From contig JBBQBM010000001.1 in NCBI GenBank assembly GCA_038317375.1, forward strand, positions 1,447-65,446: 64,000 bases of DNA, given 5' to 3'. The position numbers were made by a program, and so were the translations under genes. The notes under the pieces are model-generated. The model saw nothing but the letters and a program-made list of their open reading frames with translations, made no database searches and was not told the origin of the DNA. Shown here in pieces: positions 8,573-16,510 of this stretch. Each line of letters opens with the position of its first letter. Within the stretch, counting starts at the first letter, position 1. The stretch comes from Candidatus Saccharimonadales bacterium (lineage in GTDB: Bacteria > Patescibacteriota > Saccharimonadia > Saccharimonadales > JAGQMS01).

Positions 8573-9889
8573 GTGATTATGCAAAGAGTTTTATCAAATG
8601 AAGTTAAGTCACATGTCGGCAAGTCAGCTTTAGTTACTGGCTGGCTTCATAAAAAACGTCTTCTCGGCGGACTGACTTTTATAAATATCCGGGACCGCGG
8701 TGGCTTAATCCAAGTGCTTATCGAGGACAAAAAAGAAGTCGAGAAGTTGCGCGGTTTACAAATCGGCACCGTCTTATCGGCTGAAGGCGATGTCATTAAA
8801 GAGGGCCGAGCACCTGGTGGGGTTGAAATGCACAACCCAAAACTTACGATTTTAGTACCGGTGGAGCACGAATCACCGATCGAAATCGACAAGCCACTCG
8901 ATCATAAGTCAGAAAACTTAAATACGCTTTTAGATAATCGTGTTGTTGGACTGCGTAACATTAAAGAAACGGCAATCTTCAAAATTCAGGATCGAGTTTT
9001 AGAAGGTGCTAGGCGCTACTTCTACCAAAACGGTTTTACTGAAATGAAGACTCCGAAACTTCTCGCAAAGCCGACAGAAGGCGGTGCAGAGGTTTTTACT
9101 ATGGACTATTTTGGCAAGACCGCGAGCTTAGCGCAGAGTGCCCAATTTTATAAGCAGATAATGGTTGGGGTTTTTGAACGGGTCTTTGAAATGGGTGGCA
9201 CTTACCGCGCCGAACCAAGTTCGACTACTCGCCACATGACAGAATATGTAACCATCGACTGCGAGATGGGATTCATTACTTTTGATGAACTACGAGAATT
9301 TGCCCATGGGTTACTAAAATCTGTAGTCGATTTTGTTTGGAGTGAATGCCCGGACGAGTTGAAACTATGGAACGCAGAGAAGCCGGTTCTGTCTGATAAG
9401 GCGGCATCAATCACTATGGCCGAAGTTCACGAACTTTACGAAAAGGCGACAAAAGATATTGTCCAGGACAAAAAAGATCTAACCCCAGCCGAGGAAAAGT
9501 GGATCTGTGAGTATGCCAAGGAAAATCTAGGGACAGAAGCAGTTTTTGTAACGGAATGGCCATCAAGTTCGATGAAGTTTTATCACAGGAAGACTGAAGG
9601 CAATGAAGAGATGTGTGATCGCTCAGACTTTTTGTTCCGTGGTCTCGAGATCATGACAGCGCCAATGCGCGAGAACCGCTACGACATTCTGATTAAACAG
9701 ATGAAAGAGCAGGGTCTAGACGAAAAGGAAGAGGGCTATCAGGCTTATCTGAGTGCCTTTAAATATGGCCTGCCGCCTCACGGAGGCTTCGGGCTTGGGC
9801 TCGAGCGACTTACGCAGAAAATAGTCGGTCTTAACAACATTAAAGAAGCGACCCTATTCCCACGCGACATCAATCGCCTCGCGCCATAA
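8573..9889 (+). CDS. aspS: aspartate--tRNA ligase, archaeal/eukaryotic type (class IIb)
   Basis: 438 aa. OB-fold N-terminus, YRAEPSSTTRHMTEY motif 2 region, and C-terminal HGGFGLGLERL...FPRDINRLAP typical of type-2 AspRS. Confidence 0.85.
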   Translation: MIMQRVLSNEVKSHVGKSALVTGWLHKKRLLGGLTFINIRDRGGLIQVLIEDKKEVEKLRGLQIGTVLSAEGDVIKEGRAPGGVEMHNPKLTILVPVEHESPIEIDKPLDHKSENLNTLLDNRVVGLRNIKETAIFKIQDRVLEGARRYFYQNGFTEMKTPKLLAKPTEGGAEVFTMDYFGKTASLAQSAQFYKQIMVGVFERVFEMGGTYRAEPSSTTRHMTEYVTIDCEMGFITFDELREFAHGLLKSVVDFVWSECPDELKLWNAEKPVLSDKAASITMAEVHELYEKATKDIVQDKKDLTPAEEKWICEYAKENLGTEAVFVTEWPSSSMKFYHRKTEGNEEMCDRSDFLFRGLEIMTAPMRENRYDILIKQMKEQGLDEKEEGYQAYLSAFKYGLPPHGGFGLGLERLTQKIVGLNNIKEATLFPRDINRLAP

Positions 9890-9915
9890 TAATACTTAAC
9901 ATGTTAAGTATTATT
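9888..9915. repeat. palindromic repeat copy 2 (AATAATACTTAACATGTTAAGTATTATT)
   Basis: Perfect 28-bp palindrome overlapping the aspS stop codon. Confidence 0.85.
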
Positions 9916-9919
9916 TGAC

Positions 9920-10297
9920 ATGACAATATCAGATAAAGAATTCGACGACATCATATCGTCCGCCATGGATGAATTGCCTCAAAAGTACATAACCGGACTT
10001 AATAATGTCTCGGTTGTAATTGCAGATGATCCGGACGAAAATCAACGAACAAAACTCAAGCTTCGGTGCCACGAAACATTGTTTGGGTTGTATGAGGGGA
10101 TTCCGTTAACCAAACGCGGTAATGGCTATAATCTTGTTCTGCCAGATAAAATTACACTTTTTAAGAACCCGCTACTGAGAGCTAGCGCTGATATCCAAGC
10201 GTTCCGCGAAAACACTAAGCGAACTCTTTGGCACGAGATTGCACACCACTATGGGCTAGATCATGAACGAATTCACAAACTCGAAAACAGTAACTAA
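9920..10297 (+). CDS. zincin-like metallopeptidase family protein (DUF1025-type)
   Basis: 125 aa with a C-terminal HEIAHHYG zinc-binding motif. Confidence 0.7.
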   Translation: MTISDKEFDDIISSAMDELPQKYITGLNNVSVVIADDPDENQRTKLKLRCHETLFGLYEGIPLTKRGNGYNLVLPDKITLFKNPLLRASADIQAFRENTKRTLWHEIAHHYGLDHERIHKLENSN

Positions 10298-10312
10298 AGT
10301 TATAATATGGTT

Positions 10313-10708
10313 ATGAAATATTTTCTGGTCAAAACCGATCCTGGGACCTACAGTCTCGAAGACTTTGAGCGTGATGATGAGACTGAGTGGGATGGCGTTC
10401 ATAACTATGAGGCGATTAATTATATAAAGACTATGAGTCCAGGCGATAAGGTCTATATCTATTTATCGCAGACTGACAAAGCGATAGTCGGCATGGGTGA
10501 AGTAACAGGTGAACCGTACGAGAACAAAGATGACCCGCGGTTTTCTTGGGCGGTACGGTTGAAGTTTATAAAAAGAACAAAGCCGGTGACTCTCAAGCAA
10601 GTCAAAGCCGAACCAAAACTGGCGAAGTTTAAGCTAGTTACTCATTCACGGTTAAGTGTAATGTCTGTTGACGATAGTGTCGCAGCTTGGATTAACTCTC
10701 GTCTTTAG
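10313..10708 (+). CDS. EVE (PUA-like) domain protein
   Basis: MKYFLVKTDPGTYSLEDFERD..WDGVHNYEA.NYIK.M..GD is the EVE domain N-terminus. Start moved to the second ATG because TATAAT 10301-10306 abuts the first ATG. Confidence 0.75.
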   Translation: MKYFLVKTDPGTYSLEDFERDDETEWDGVHNYEAINYIKTMSPGDKVYIYLSQTDKAIVGMGEVTGEPYENKDDPRFSWAVRLKFIKRTKPVTLKQVKAEPKLAKFKLVTHSRLSVMSVDDSVAAWINSRL

Positions 10709-11309
10709 AGTCGAGCGAATGCCAGAGAGCGAGAGAAACAGCGCTGCGATGCGGCGACCACGAAGAGCTCAATTTTTTCAGTTTTTCTGGAGTTAGCTTT
10801 TTGCCTGCAAATTTGTCGGCAGCGTTTCTAAGGCCCAAGTCACCTGACGAGAAAACGTCTGGTCGAGCCAGCGTAAATAGTAAAAACATTTCAGCCGTCC
10901 AACGCCCCACGCCTTTTAGCTGAACTAGCTCAGCGATGATCGACTCGTCTTCAAGTTCGTCTAGATGATTGAGTCTAACTGTGCCATCGGTTACCCCATT
11001 AGCAATGTTTAAGATATAACTGGCTTTCTGATTCGACAGCCCGACAGACCTGAGTTGTTCGATTGTGAAAGTCTTAACTATTTCAGGATCTTCTGGTTTC
11101 TCAACGAGGCTTGCGAACCGGCTCCAGATGATATCTGCAACTTTAGTAGAAAGCTGTTGCGAAACGATACTAGCGAATAACTCTCGGGCATACATAGGCG
11201 GTGGGGATTTTTTGATAGTTCTCTTAGTAAGAGCATAGTGCTTTATCAGCTCACTAACTTTTGGATCTTTGGACTCAAAGTATTTTATTGCTGAGTTTAT
11301 GTCGATCAT
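10692..11309 (-). CDS. DNA-3-methyladenine glycosylase II-like (HhH-GPD family)
   Basis: 205 aa with the helix-hairpin-helix region LVQLKGVGRWTAEMFLLF and a downstream Asp. Confidence 0.8.
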   Translation of the reverse strand: MIDINSAIKYFESKDPKVSELIKHYALTKRTIKKSPPPMYARELFASIVSQQLSTKVADIIWSRFASLVEKPEDPEIVKTFTIEQLRSVGLSNQKASYILNIANGVTDGTVRLNHLDELEDESIIAELVQLKGVGRWTAEMFLLFTLARPDVFSSGDLGLRNAADKFAGKKLTPEKLKKLSSSWSPHRSAVSLALWHSLDSKDES

Positions 11310-11353
11310 TGTGTGAAGTCATCGTACGCCCGCGAGTACAATATATAAAGACC

Positions 11354-12181
11354 ATGCGCATAATATCGCTAGATATACCAGAAAAACGCAGAGTAAAAAA
11401 AGGCAATCGAGCCTTTCGGATAGTTTTTGTAGTTTTCGTTATAGGTCTTGTGATAATCGGGATGCGTGTTTATCGCTCTAATTATTTGATCGCTCAACCC
11501 GCAAGCGAGATAGAAGCAACTGTAGATAAGAACAAAACACTTCGTGTCTTTAGTGGTGAACAGTTTAAGGATCTTTACAATAACTTTCGCTACGCAAATA
11601 CCGATAAAATTGTCGATCCGCCAAATATAACTGGCAATACCACAGCTGACGCTAGGATTAGGTCGATAGCTGAATCACGCGGTTATAGACTTCGACGGCT
11701 GGCACGTGACGCCATCGGGGTTGCTGACGGACTTCCGCTACAATCCATTGCCGTTAAATCTTGGAATGATTTAAAGGAAGCAGCTGCCAAAGATGGGATT
11801 GTACTAACGGTGACTGCATCTTTCCGTACGTTTGAAGATCAAAGAATGATTTTCCTCGACGGACTTAGAGCTTATGGGGTCTCAACCCAAGATATTGCCG
11901 AAGGTCATGTCGACGCCTCAGTAGATAAAGTTTTGCAGACATATGCGCCACCAGGCTACTCTCGGCACCATACCGGCTTTACGATTGACCTAACCTGCGG
12001 TACCAACGGGCTAACTAATTTCGCAACGACCATCTGTTATCGGTGGTTGTCGGCAGATAATTATTTGCACGCCAAAACTTATGGCTGGGTACCAAGCTAT
12101 CCGGACGGAACTGATTTGCAAGGTCCCGAACCGGAGCCTTGGGAATATATTTGGGTAACAGTCGATGCCTTGCTCAAATAA
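11354..12181 (+). CDS. D-alanyl-D-alanine carboxypeptidase family protein (VanY/M15B)
   Basis: Trimmed to MRIISLD. TM anchor, and SFRTFEDQ...GYSRHHTGFTIDL zinc-ligand motifs. Confidence 0.8.
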   Translation: MRIISLDIPEKRRVKKGNRAFRIVFVVFVIGLVIIGMRVYRSNYLIAQPASEIEATVDKNKTLRVFSGEQFKDLYNNFRYANTDKIVDPPNITGNTTADARIRSIAESRGYRLRRLARDAIGVADGLPLQSIAVKSWNDLKEAAAKDGIVLTVTASFRTFEDQRMIFLDGLRAYGVSTQDIAEGHVDASVDKVLQTYAPPGYSRHHTGFTIDLTCGTNGLTNFATTICYRWLSADNYLHAKTYGWVPSYPDGTDLQGPEPEPWEYIWVTVDALLK

Positions 12182-12182
12182 A

Positions 12183-12821
12183 ATGAAGAAAGCGGCCTAT
12201 GCTACAATAAAACAGATGAAGAAGCTCAAGTTTATAGTAGTAATATTTGCTTTGTTTTTGATATTCCCAGCCATGGCTGGCGCCCATGAAGATGATCCCA
12301 CTGAAGCACCCGAGACAGTAGATGCGCGAATGCAACGGTTTGAAGAAGCTAAGAGGATTTTTACGATCCGACTAAGCGAAAAGGAGCAGGCCCGACTTGC
12401 TAGTCGTTGCGTCAGAGCTCAGGAGAAGTTATCTAAGATCAGTGACAGGTTAGATGTTCGGTCGCCAATAATTACCAAGAAATATGATTTGATTAACCTC
12501 CATCTATTAGCTGTTCAAAAACGTCTTGGCATTCAACAGGTCGACACATCTATCATCGATTTACTAATCACTAGTTTCCAGCAACTGGCAGATGATTACG
12601 ATACAGCTTTGGCGGATTATCATAATGCACTCGATGACGTCACTGTAGTCGGCTGTACATCTGACCCACAGACATTTAAGGCACTACTCGAAGACGTTCG
12701 AGCAAAACGACTGGTGTTTGTTGACTCATTGGAGGCTATCGGGAACTTTACTAAGACAGAACTTAAAACGGGATTCGACGACCTTCGTACTCGACTCAAC
12801 AGTAAGGGCTCAGAGCAATGA
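12183..12821 (+). CDS. hypothetical secreted coiled-coil protein
   Basis: Signal peptide KKLKFIVVIFALFLIFPAMAGA. Starts 2 nt after the vanY-like stop; alternative start at 12216. Confidence 0.6.
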   Translation: MKKAAYATIKQMKKLKFIVVIFALFLIFPAMAGAHEDDPTEAPETVDARMQRFEEAKRIFTIRLSEKEQARLASRCVRAQEKLSKISDRLDVRSPIITKKYDLINLHLLAVQKRLGIQQVDTSIIDLLITSFQQLADDYDTALADYHNALDDVTVVGCTSDPQTFKALLEDVRAKRLVFVDSLEAIGNFTKTELKTGFDDLRTRLNSKGSEQ

Positions 12822-13192
12822 ACCAAGACCCTAAGGATATAAATATCGCTGAAACTCCGACGAACCTACCGGATGAGACCGCTACCCCGGTAGTAAAAAA
12901 AGGAATTAATCTTGTTTTAGCGATTAGCATTGCCGTAGTCGTTGCTGCAATTCTTGCCGGCGGCAGCCTATTTATATTTATGCGTTCCGATACGAGAGAT
13001 ATGATTCGTACAAACGAGAGCGCTGAAAATGCTAAAACAGAGGAGAGTTTGTCGGACGCGCCAGATGAAACAAGTGCTCTGACTAGCGATGATCTTAATG
13101 GTATCGAACAAGATGTCGCCAGCTCGGCTGCGAGCATCAACAGTGGTGATTTTGGTTCATCAGAAGTGACCGACTCGGCACTAGGGCTATAG
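12818..13192 (+). CDS. hypothetical membrane-anchored acidic protein
   Basis: ATGA overlap with the upstream gene; one TM helix and an acidic Ser/Asp-rich tail. Confidence 0.55.
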   Translation: MNQDPKDINIAETPTNLPDETATPVVKKGINLVLAISIAVVVAAILAGGSLFIFMRSDTRDMIRTNESAENAKTEESLSDAPDETSALTSDDLNGIEQDVASSAASINSGDFGSSEVTDSALGL

Positions 13193-13783
13193 ATGGAAAG
13201 GGCAAAGTTAACGCTCCGAAGGGCGATAACTATTATTTTAGTACTGGCATTCTTGGCCTCGGCCGCACTAGGGGTGTATAGCTTACGCCAAAATAATCTT
13301 AGAATGCTCGAGCTTCGTGATGCGGTGTTCACAGCCGACAGAGACGATGGTGACACTGGTGCGGCGCTCTCTAGCTTGCAAATATATGTAGTCTCGCACA
13401 TGAATACGCGGCTACCGAAGCTGGGCAAAGAAAAGGCCATTCAGTTAAAATATACATACGAGCGCCGTCTGGCGGCCGATAAAGCCCGAGTATCTGCTGA
13501 AAGGGCCACAATCAGCGTTCAAGGTACAGATTATTGCAAAAGTACTTTCCCGGGAGCCAGTTTTGCAGTTAGATCACAGTGCGTAGAAGAGTATTACGCT
13601 GCGCATCCTGTAAAAAGCTTAGAAATTCCGGTCGAACTTTATTCATACGACTTCGTAACACCATTCTGGGTGCCAGACACGGCCGGACTTTCTCTATTAG
13701 CAACAACAGCACTATTTCTAGTGCTGTTGTTGAAGTTTACGAGTTGGTTAATCGTTAGACGTACGCTCAAGCCTACTGTGTAG
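13193..13783 (+). CDS. hypothetical membrane protein (N- and C-terminal TM helices)
   Basis: TAGATG junction with the upstream gene; 196 aa. Confidence 0.6.
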   Translation: MERAKLTLRRAITIILVLAFLASAALGVYSLRQNNLRMLELRDAVFTADRDDGDTGAALSSLQIYVVSHMNTRLPKLGKEKAIQLKYTYERRLAADKARVSAERATISVQGTDYCKSTFPGASFAVRSQCVEEYYAAHPVKSLEIPVELYSYDFVTPFWVPDTAGLSLLATTALFLVLLLKFTSWLIVRRTLKPTV

Positions 13784-14330
13784 TAGTTTTATCGGTACTG
13801 TCTGTTGTTGTAGCTTTACTTCCGTTTGCTTTGAAGTCAACAATTGCTTTGACGACCTTACCATCTTCTTTCAAGTTTTCCCAGAACAAGACTTTGTCTC
13901 TTGAGATGAACATTTCATCTTCTGGGCCGTGGAGTTCACTACCTAGTTTAGCTAAGCTGATGTTTTGGGCTGCTGTATCACCGGTGTCTGGCTGGACCTG
14001 CTCTACTCTAACGTAAAAGATATCCGTTAGTTGGTAGAACCTTGCGTTAACAACCGAGAGTTTCCCGAAATATACCTGACCGCTTTGGTCATTCAAAAAT
14101 ACCGCCTGATATTTATCAGTCTTAATTAGCTTTTCTTCGCCAGTACTTCGACCGAAGAAGACAAGCGCCATTACTGCGGAAATAAGTAGTGCCATAGACA
14201 CAACCATACCGACCATAACAACTTTCATGAGTCCCTTAGGCCCCTTGTGTTTTTTGCTTGTGCTTGAATCCCCAGCTCCACTTGTTTGGCTAGAAACTCT
14301 TCCCCGTGACATAAAATCGTTTGTGTCCAT
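13773..14330 (-). CDS. hypothetical membrane-anchored protein
   Basis: 185 aa. Basic N-terminus, single TM helix and an extracytoplasmic domain. Confidence 0.6.
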   Translation of the reverse strand: MDTNDFMSRGRVSSQTSGAGDSSTSKKHKGPKGLMKVVMVGMVVSMALLISAVMALVFFGRSTGEEKLIKTDKYQAVFLNDQSGQVYFGKLSVVNARFYQLTDIFYVRVEQVQPDTGDTAAQNISLAKLGSELHGPEDEMFISRDKVLFWENLKEDGKVVKAIVDFKANGSKATTTDSTDKTTTQ

Positions 14331-14541
14331 TATCTATAACCACCTTATTATTTAATCTGTAATGCCTATTAGTGTAGCGCAACAATGCTTATGTTCGCAA
14401 TGATAAAACGCTCAAGCTTTGATAGAAGTTACCGAGGGGATGTTTTTTCTACAGCGTCATCTGTTATAAAGATTGTTGACAAGGGTGAGCAAACCAGAGT
14501 ATGTTAGGGGTACTAACAGTGTTTAAGGAGGAGTAGAAAAA

Positions 14542-14745
14542 ATGGCAGGATACAAGCACACGAACTCAAAAGGGGTAACATATTTCCTAAATACAAAAAT
14601 GGTCACACTCCGCGGTGGCAAAGAACAGAGAATCTATTACTTCAGTAAAGACGAACGCCCAGAAGGTTGCGATCTTCCAAGCAACATGGCTGTCAACGAA
14701 AACCCACGAAACGGTTTCTTGACTGTCAAGCGCACAGACAAATAG
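14542..14745 (+). CDS. hypothetical small protein
   Basis: 67 aa with a strong RBS (AAGGAGGAG) and a TTGACA promoter-like box upstream; a hairpin follows. Confidence 0.6.
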   Translation: MAGYKHTNSKGVTYFLNTKMVTLRGGKEQRIYYFSKDERPEGCDLPSNMAVNENPRNGFLTVKRTDK

Positions 14746-14850
14746 TTCAACCAGAACTCCAAAACAGCCCTTCGGTAAAACCCGGGGGGCTTTTTGGTAG
14801 AGGGGCATTTTATAGTAGACACAAGCAGTATTTTGTGCTATAATAGCACT

Positions 14851-15543
14851 ATGCCTAAAAACAAAACAAACAACACCGGCGATACACTATTTGACCTCAA
14901 TGAGGGTAGTATTTCTGATCCCTCGGTTCAAGATGAGATAGTCGGCGGCCTAAAAACCTTTCGCGAAACAGGGCAGATTCCAGCTTTAACAGATGATCAA
15001 AGGCGCTTTCTGGGGATGACAGCTCCACCGCTATGGGAGAAGGATTGGTTTCCTCTTTCTGAGGCCGAACATAACCTAGCGCTACGAGGAATAACTCAAC
15101 ACCTTAGAAGTAGGCCGCGCTATGCAATCTACGAAGCCCCAAGGGCGCACGATATTGCTACTCGATCAATAACCTCTTCTACTCTCTTAAATGGACCGCT
15201 GGATAGCTACGAAGAGGGCACGCAGCCCAACGAACAAGATATCCGTCACGACCCTGAGGCTCTTCGGTCTATTGCCGAAGTGCTGGTTATCCAAGAAGTG
15301 TCGTCGGCTGGCGTTTGGCCACGAAGAGGGTCTAAGAAGTTTGCAGAGCTAGTGAAGAAAAAAGTAGCCGATCTAACAGAACGGGATCAAGAGACAGTCC
15401 TAGAGTTAGCTACCAAAGTAGCCCGCGCCAATCGTTTGCGTGCCGCTTTTTGGAGGGGCGAGATGAATGAGCTAGAAGATACAGCTGCCTGGAAGGCTAC
15501 AGTAACTGACGCACACCTGGCAAGACGCAATGACGGTCGCTAA
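14851..15543 (+). CDS. hypothetical protein
   Basis: Trimmed to MPKNKTNN. The extended -10 TGCTATAAT (14836-14844) lies 6 nt before the ATG, suggesting a leaderless mRNA. Confidence 0.6.
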   Translation: MPKNKTNNTGDTLFDLNEGSISDPSVQDEIVGGLKTFRETGQIPALTDDQRRFLGMTAPPLWEKDWFPLSEAEHNLALRGITQHLRSRPRYAIYEAPRAHDIATRSITSSTLLNGPLDSYEEGTQPNEQDIRHDPEALRSIAEVLVIQEVSSAGVWPRRGSKKFAELVKKKVADLTERDQETVLELATKVARANRLRAAFWRGEMNELEDTAAWKATVTDAHLARRNDGR

Positions 15544-16510
15544 ACAACCGATTTTTATACTGGCACCGATGGACGATGTCACAGACACTGTCTTTCGCCA
15601 GATTGTGGCGTCTTGCGCTGCACCGGATTTATTTTTTACGGAGTTTGTGAATGTCGATGGGCTGCAAAGTCCTGGCCGGCCGGCTTTAATGCCAAAAATA
15701 GCCAAAAAGGGAGAGAAATACCCAGTTGTTGCACAGGTTTGGGGTAAAAAGCCAGAAAATTTTGAAAAAACCGCTAGTGAACTAGTCGATATGGGCTTTG
15801 CGGGAGTCGACATCAACTTCGGCTGTCCTGTAAAAACTGTCGTCAAGAACAGTTGTTGCTCGGCAATGATACTGCCTGATAACAGGGATGCGGCAGTTGA
15901 GATTATCAAAGCCGTCCAAAAGGGCGTGAATGGACGTGTACCGGTTAGTGTCAAAACTCGTTTAGGCTTCAAGGAGATTGACCTCAGCTGGATCGAACTA
16001 CTTCTTAAACAAAAACTTAACATGTTAAGTATCCATGCTCGAACGTCCAAAGAGATGAGCAAGGTCGACCCGCATTGGGAGGTTATGCCAGAGATAATAG
16101 CAATGCGCGACAAACTGTCGCCCAAAACCCTGATTGTTGGTAATGGCGATATTATGAATCGAGAGGACGGGCTCAAGCTAGCCGAGGAGCACAACCTTGA
16201 CGGTATTATGATTGGCCGTGGAATCTTCACCGACCCTTATGTCTTTGCAGAAAGTTCGCCCTGGGCAAACAAAACAAAGAAGGAGAAGCTGGAACTATTT
16301 CAAAAACACGTCGAGTTGTTTGCAAGAACTTGGGCTAAGGGCGAGCGCCGTTTCGAAACGCTCAAGAAGTTCGTCAAAATCTATGTCAACGGTTTCGACG
16401 CTGCGGCCGAACTACGCGCCGAGGTGATGCTCACGAGTACGCCAGAAGAGCTAATAGCTCTAATCGTGGCAGCGATAAATGCCGATACTACCGCCAACCC
16501 GGTCGACTAG
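15530..16510 (+). CDS. dus: tRNA-dihydrouridine synthase
   Basis: LAPMDDVTDTVFRQ..., GVDINFGCP and SVKTRLG motifs of the Dus TIM barrel. Confidence 0.9.
   Translation: MTVAKQPIFILAPMDDVTDTVFRQIVASCAAPDLFFTEFVNVDGLQSPGRPALMPKIAKKGEKYPVVAQVWGKKPENFEKTASELVDMGFAGVDINFGCPVKTVVKNSCCSAMILPDNRDAAVEIIKAVQKGVNGRVPVSVKTRLGFKEIDLSWIELLLKQKLNMLSIHARTSKEMSKVDPHWEVMPEIIAMRDKLSPKTLIVGNGDIMNREDGLKLAEEHNLDGIMIGRGIFTDPYVFAESSPWANKTKKEKLELFQKHVELFARTWAKGERRFETLKKFVKIYVNGFDAAAELRAEVMLTSTPEELIALIVAAINADTTANPVD

Noticed and set aside
12796-13440. Long antisense shadow ORFs opposite real genes (12796..13440, 15472..16230, 31730..32419, 33161..33535, 41416..41820, 48696..49157, 51144..51679, 53027..53395 and others in the track).
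   Set aside because: Each lies fully inside a well-supported gene on the other strand (dus, P-type ATPase, ftsH, grpE, dnaK, dnaJ and others). Their translations are Ser/Arg/Leu-rich with no motifs, the usual by-product of codon bias.
16212-16427. Overlapping same-strand ORFs inside real genes (16212..16427, 21996..22187, 48040..48288, 50972..51163, 53879..54076).
   Set aside because: They are alternative frames of well-supported genes with basic low-complexity translations, and nothing suggests independent initiation signals.
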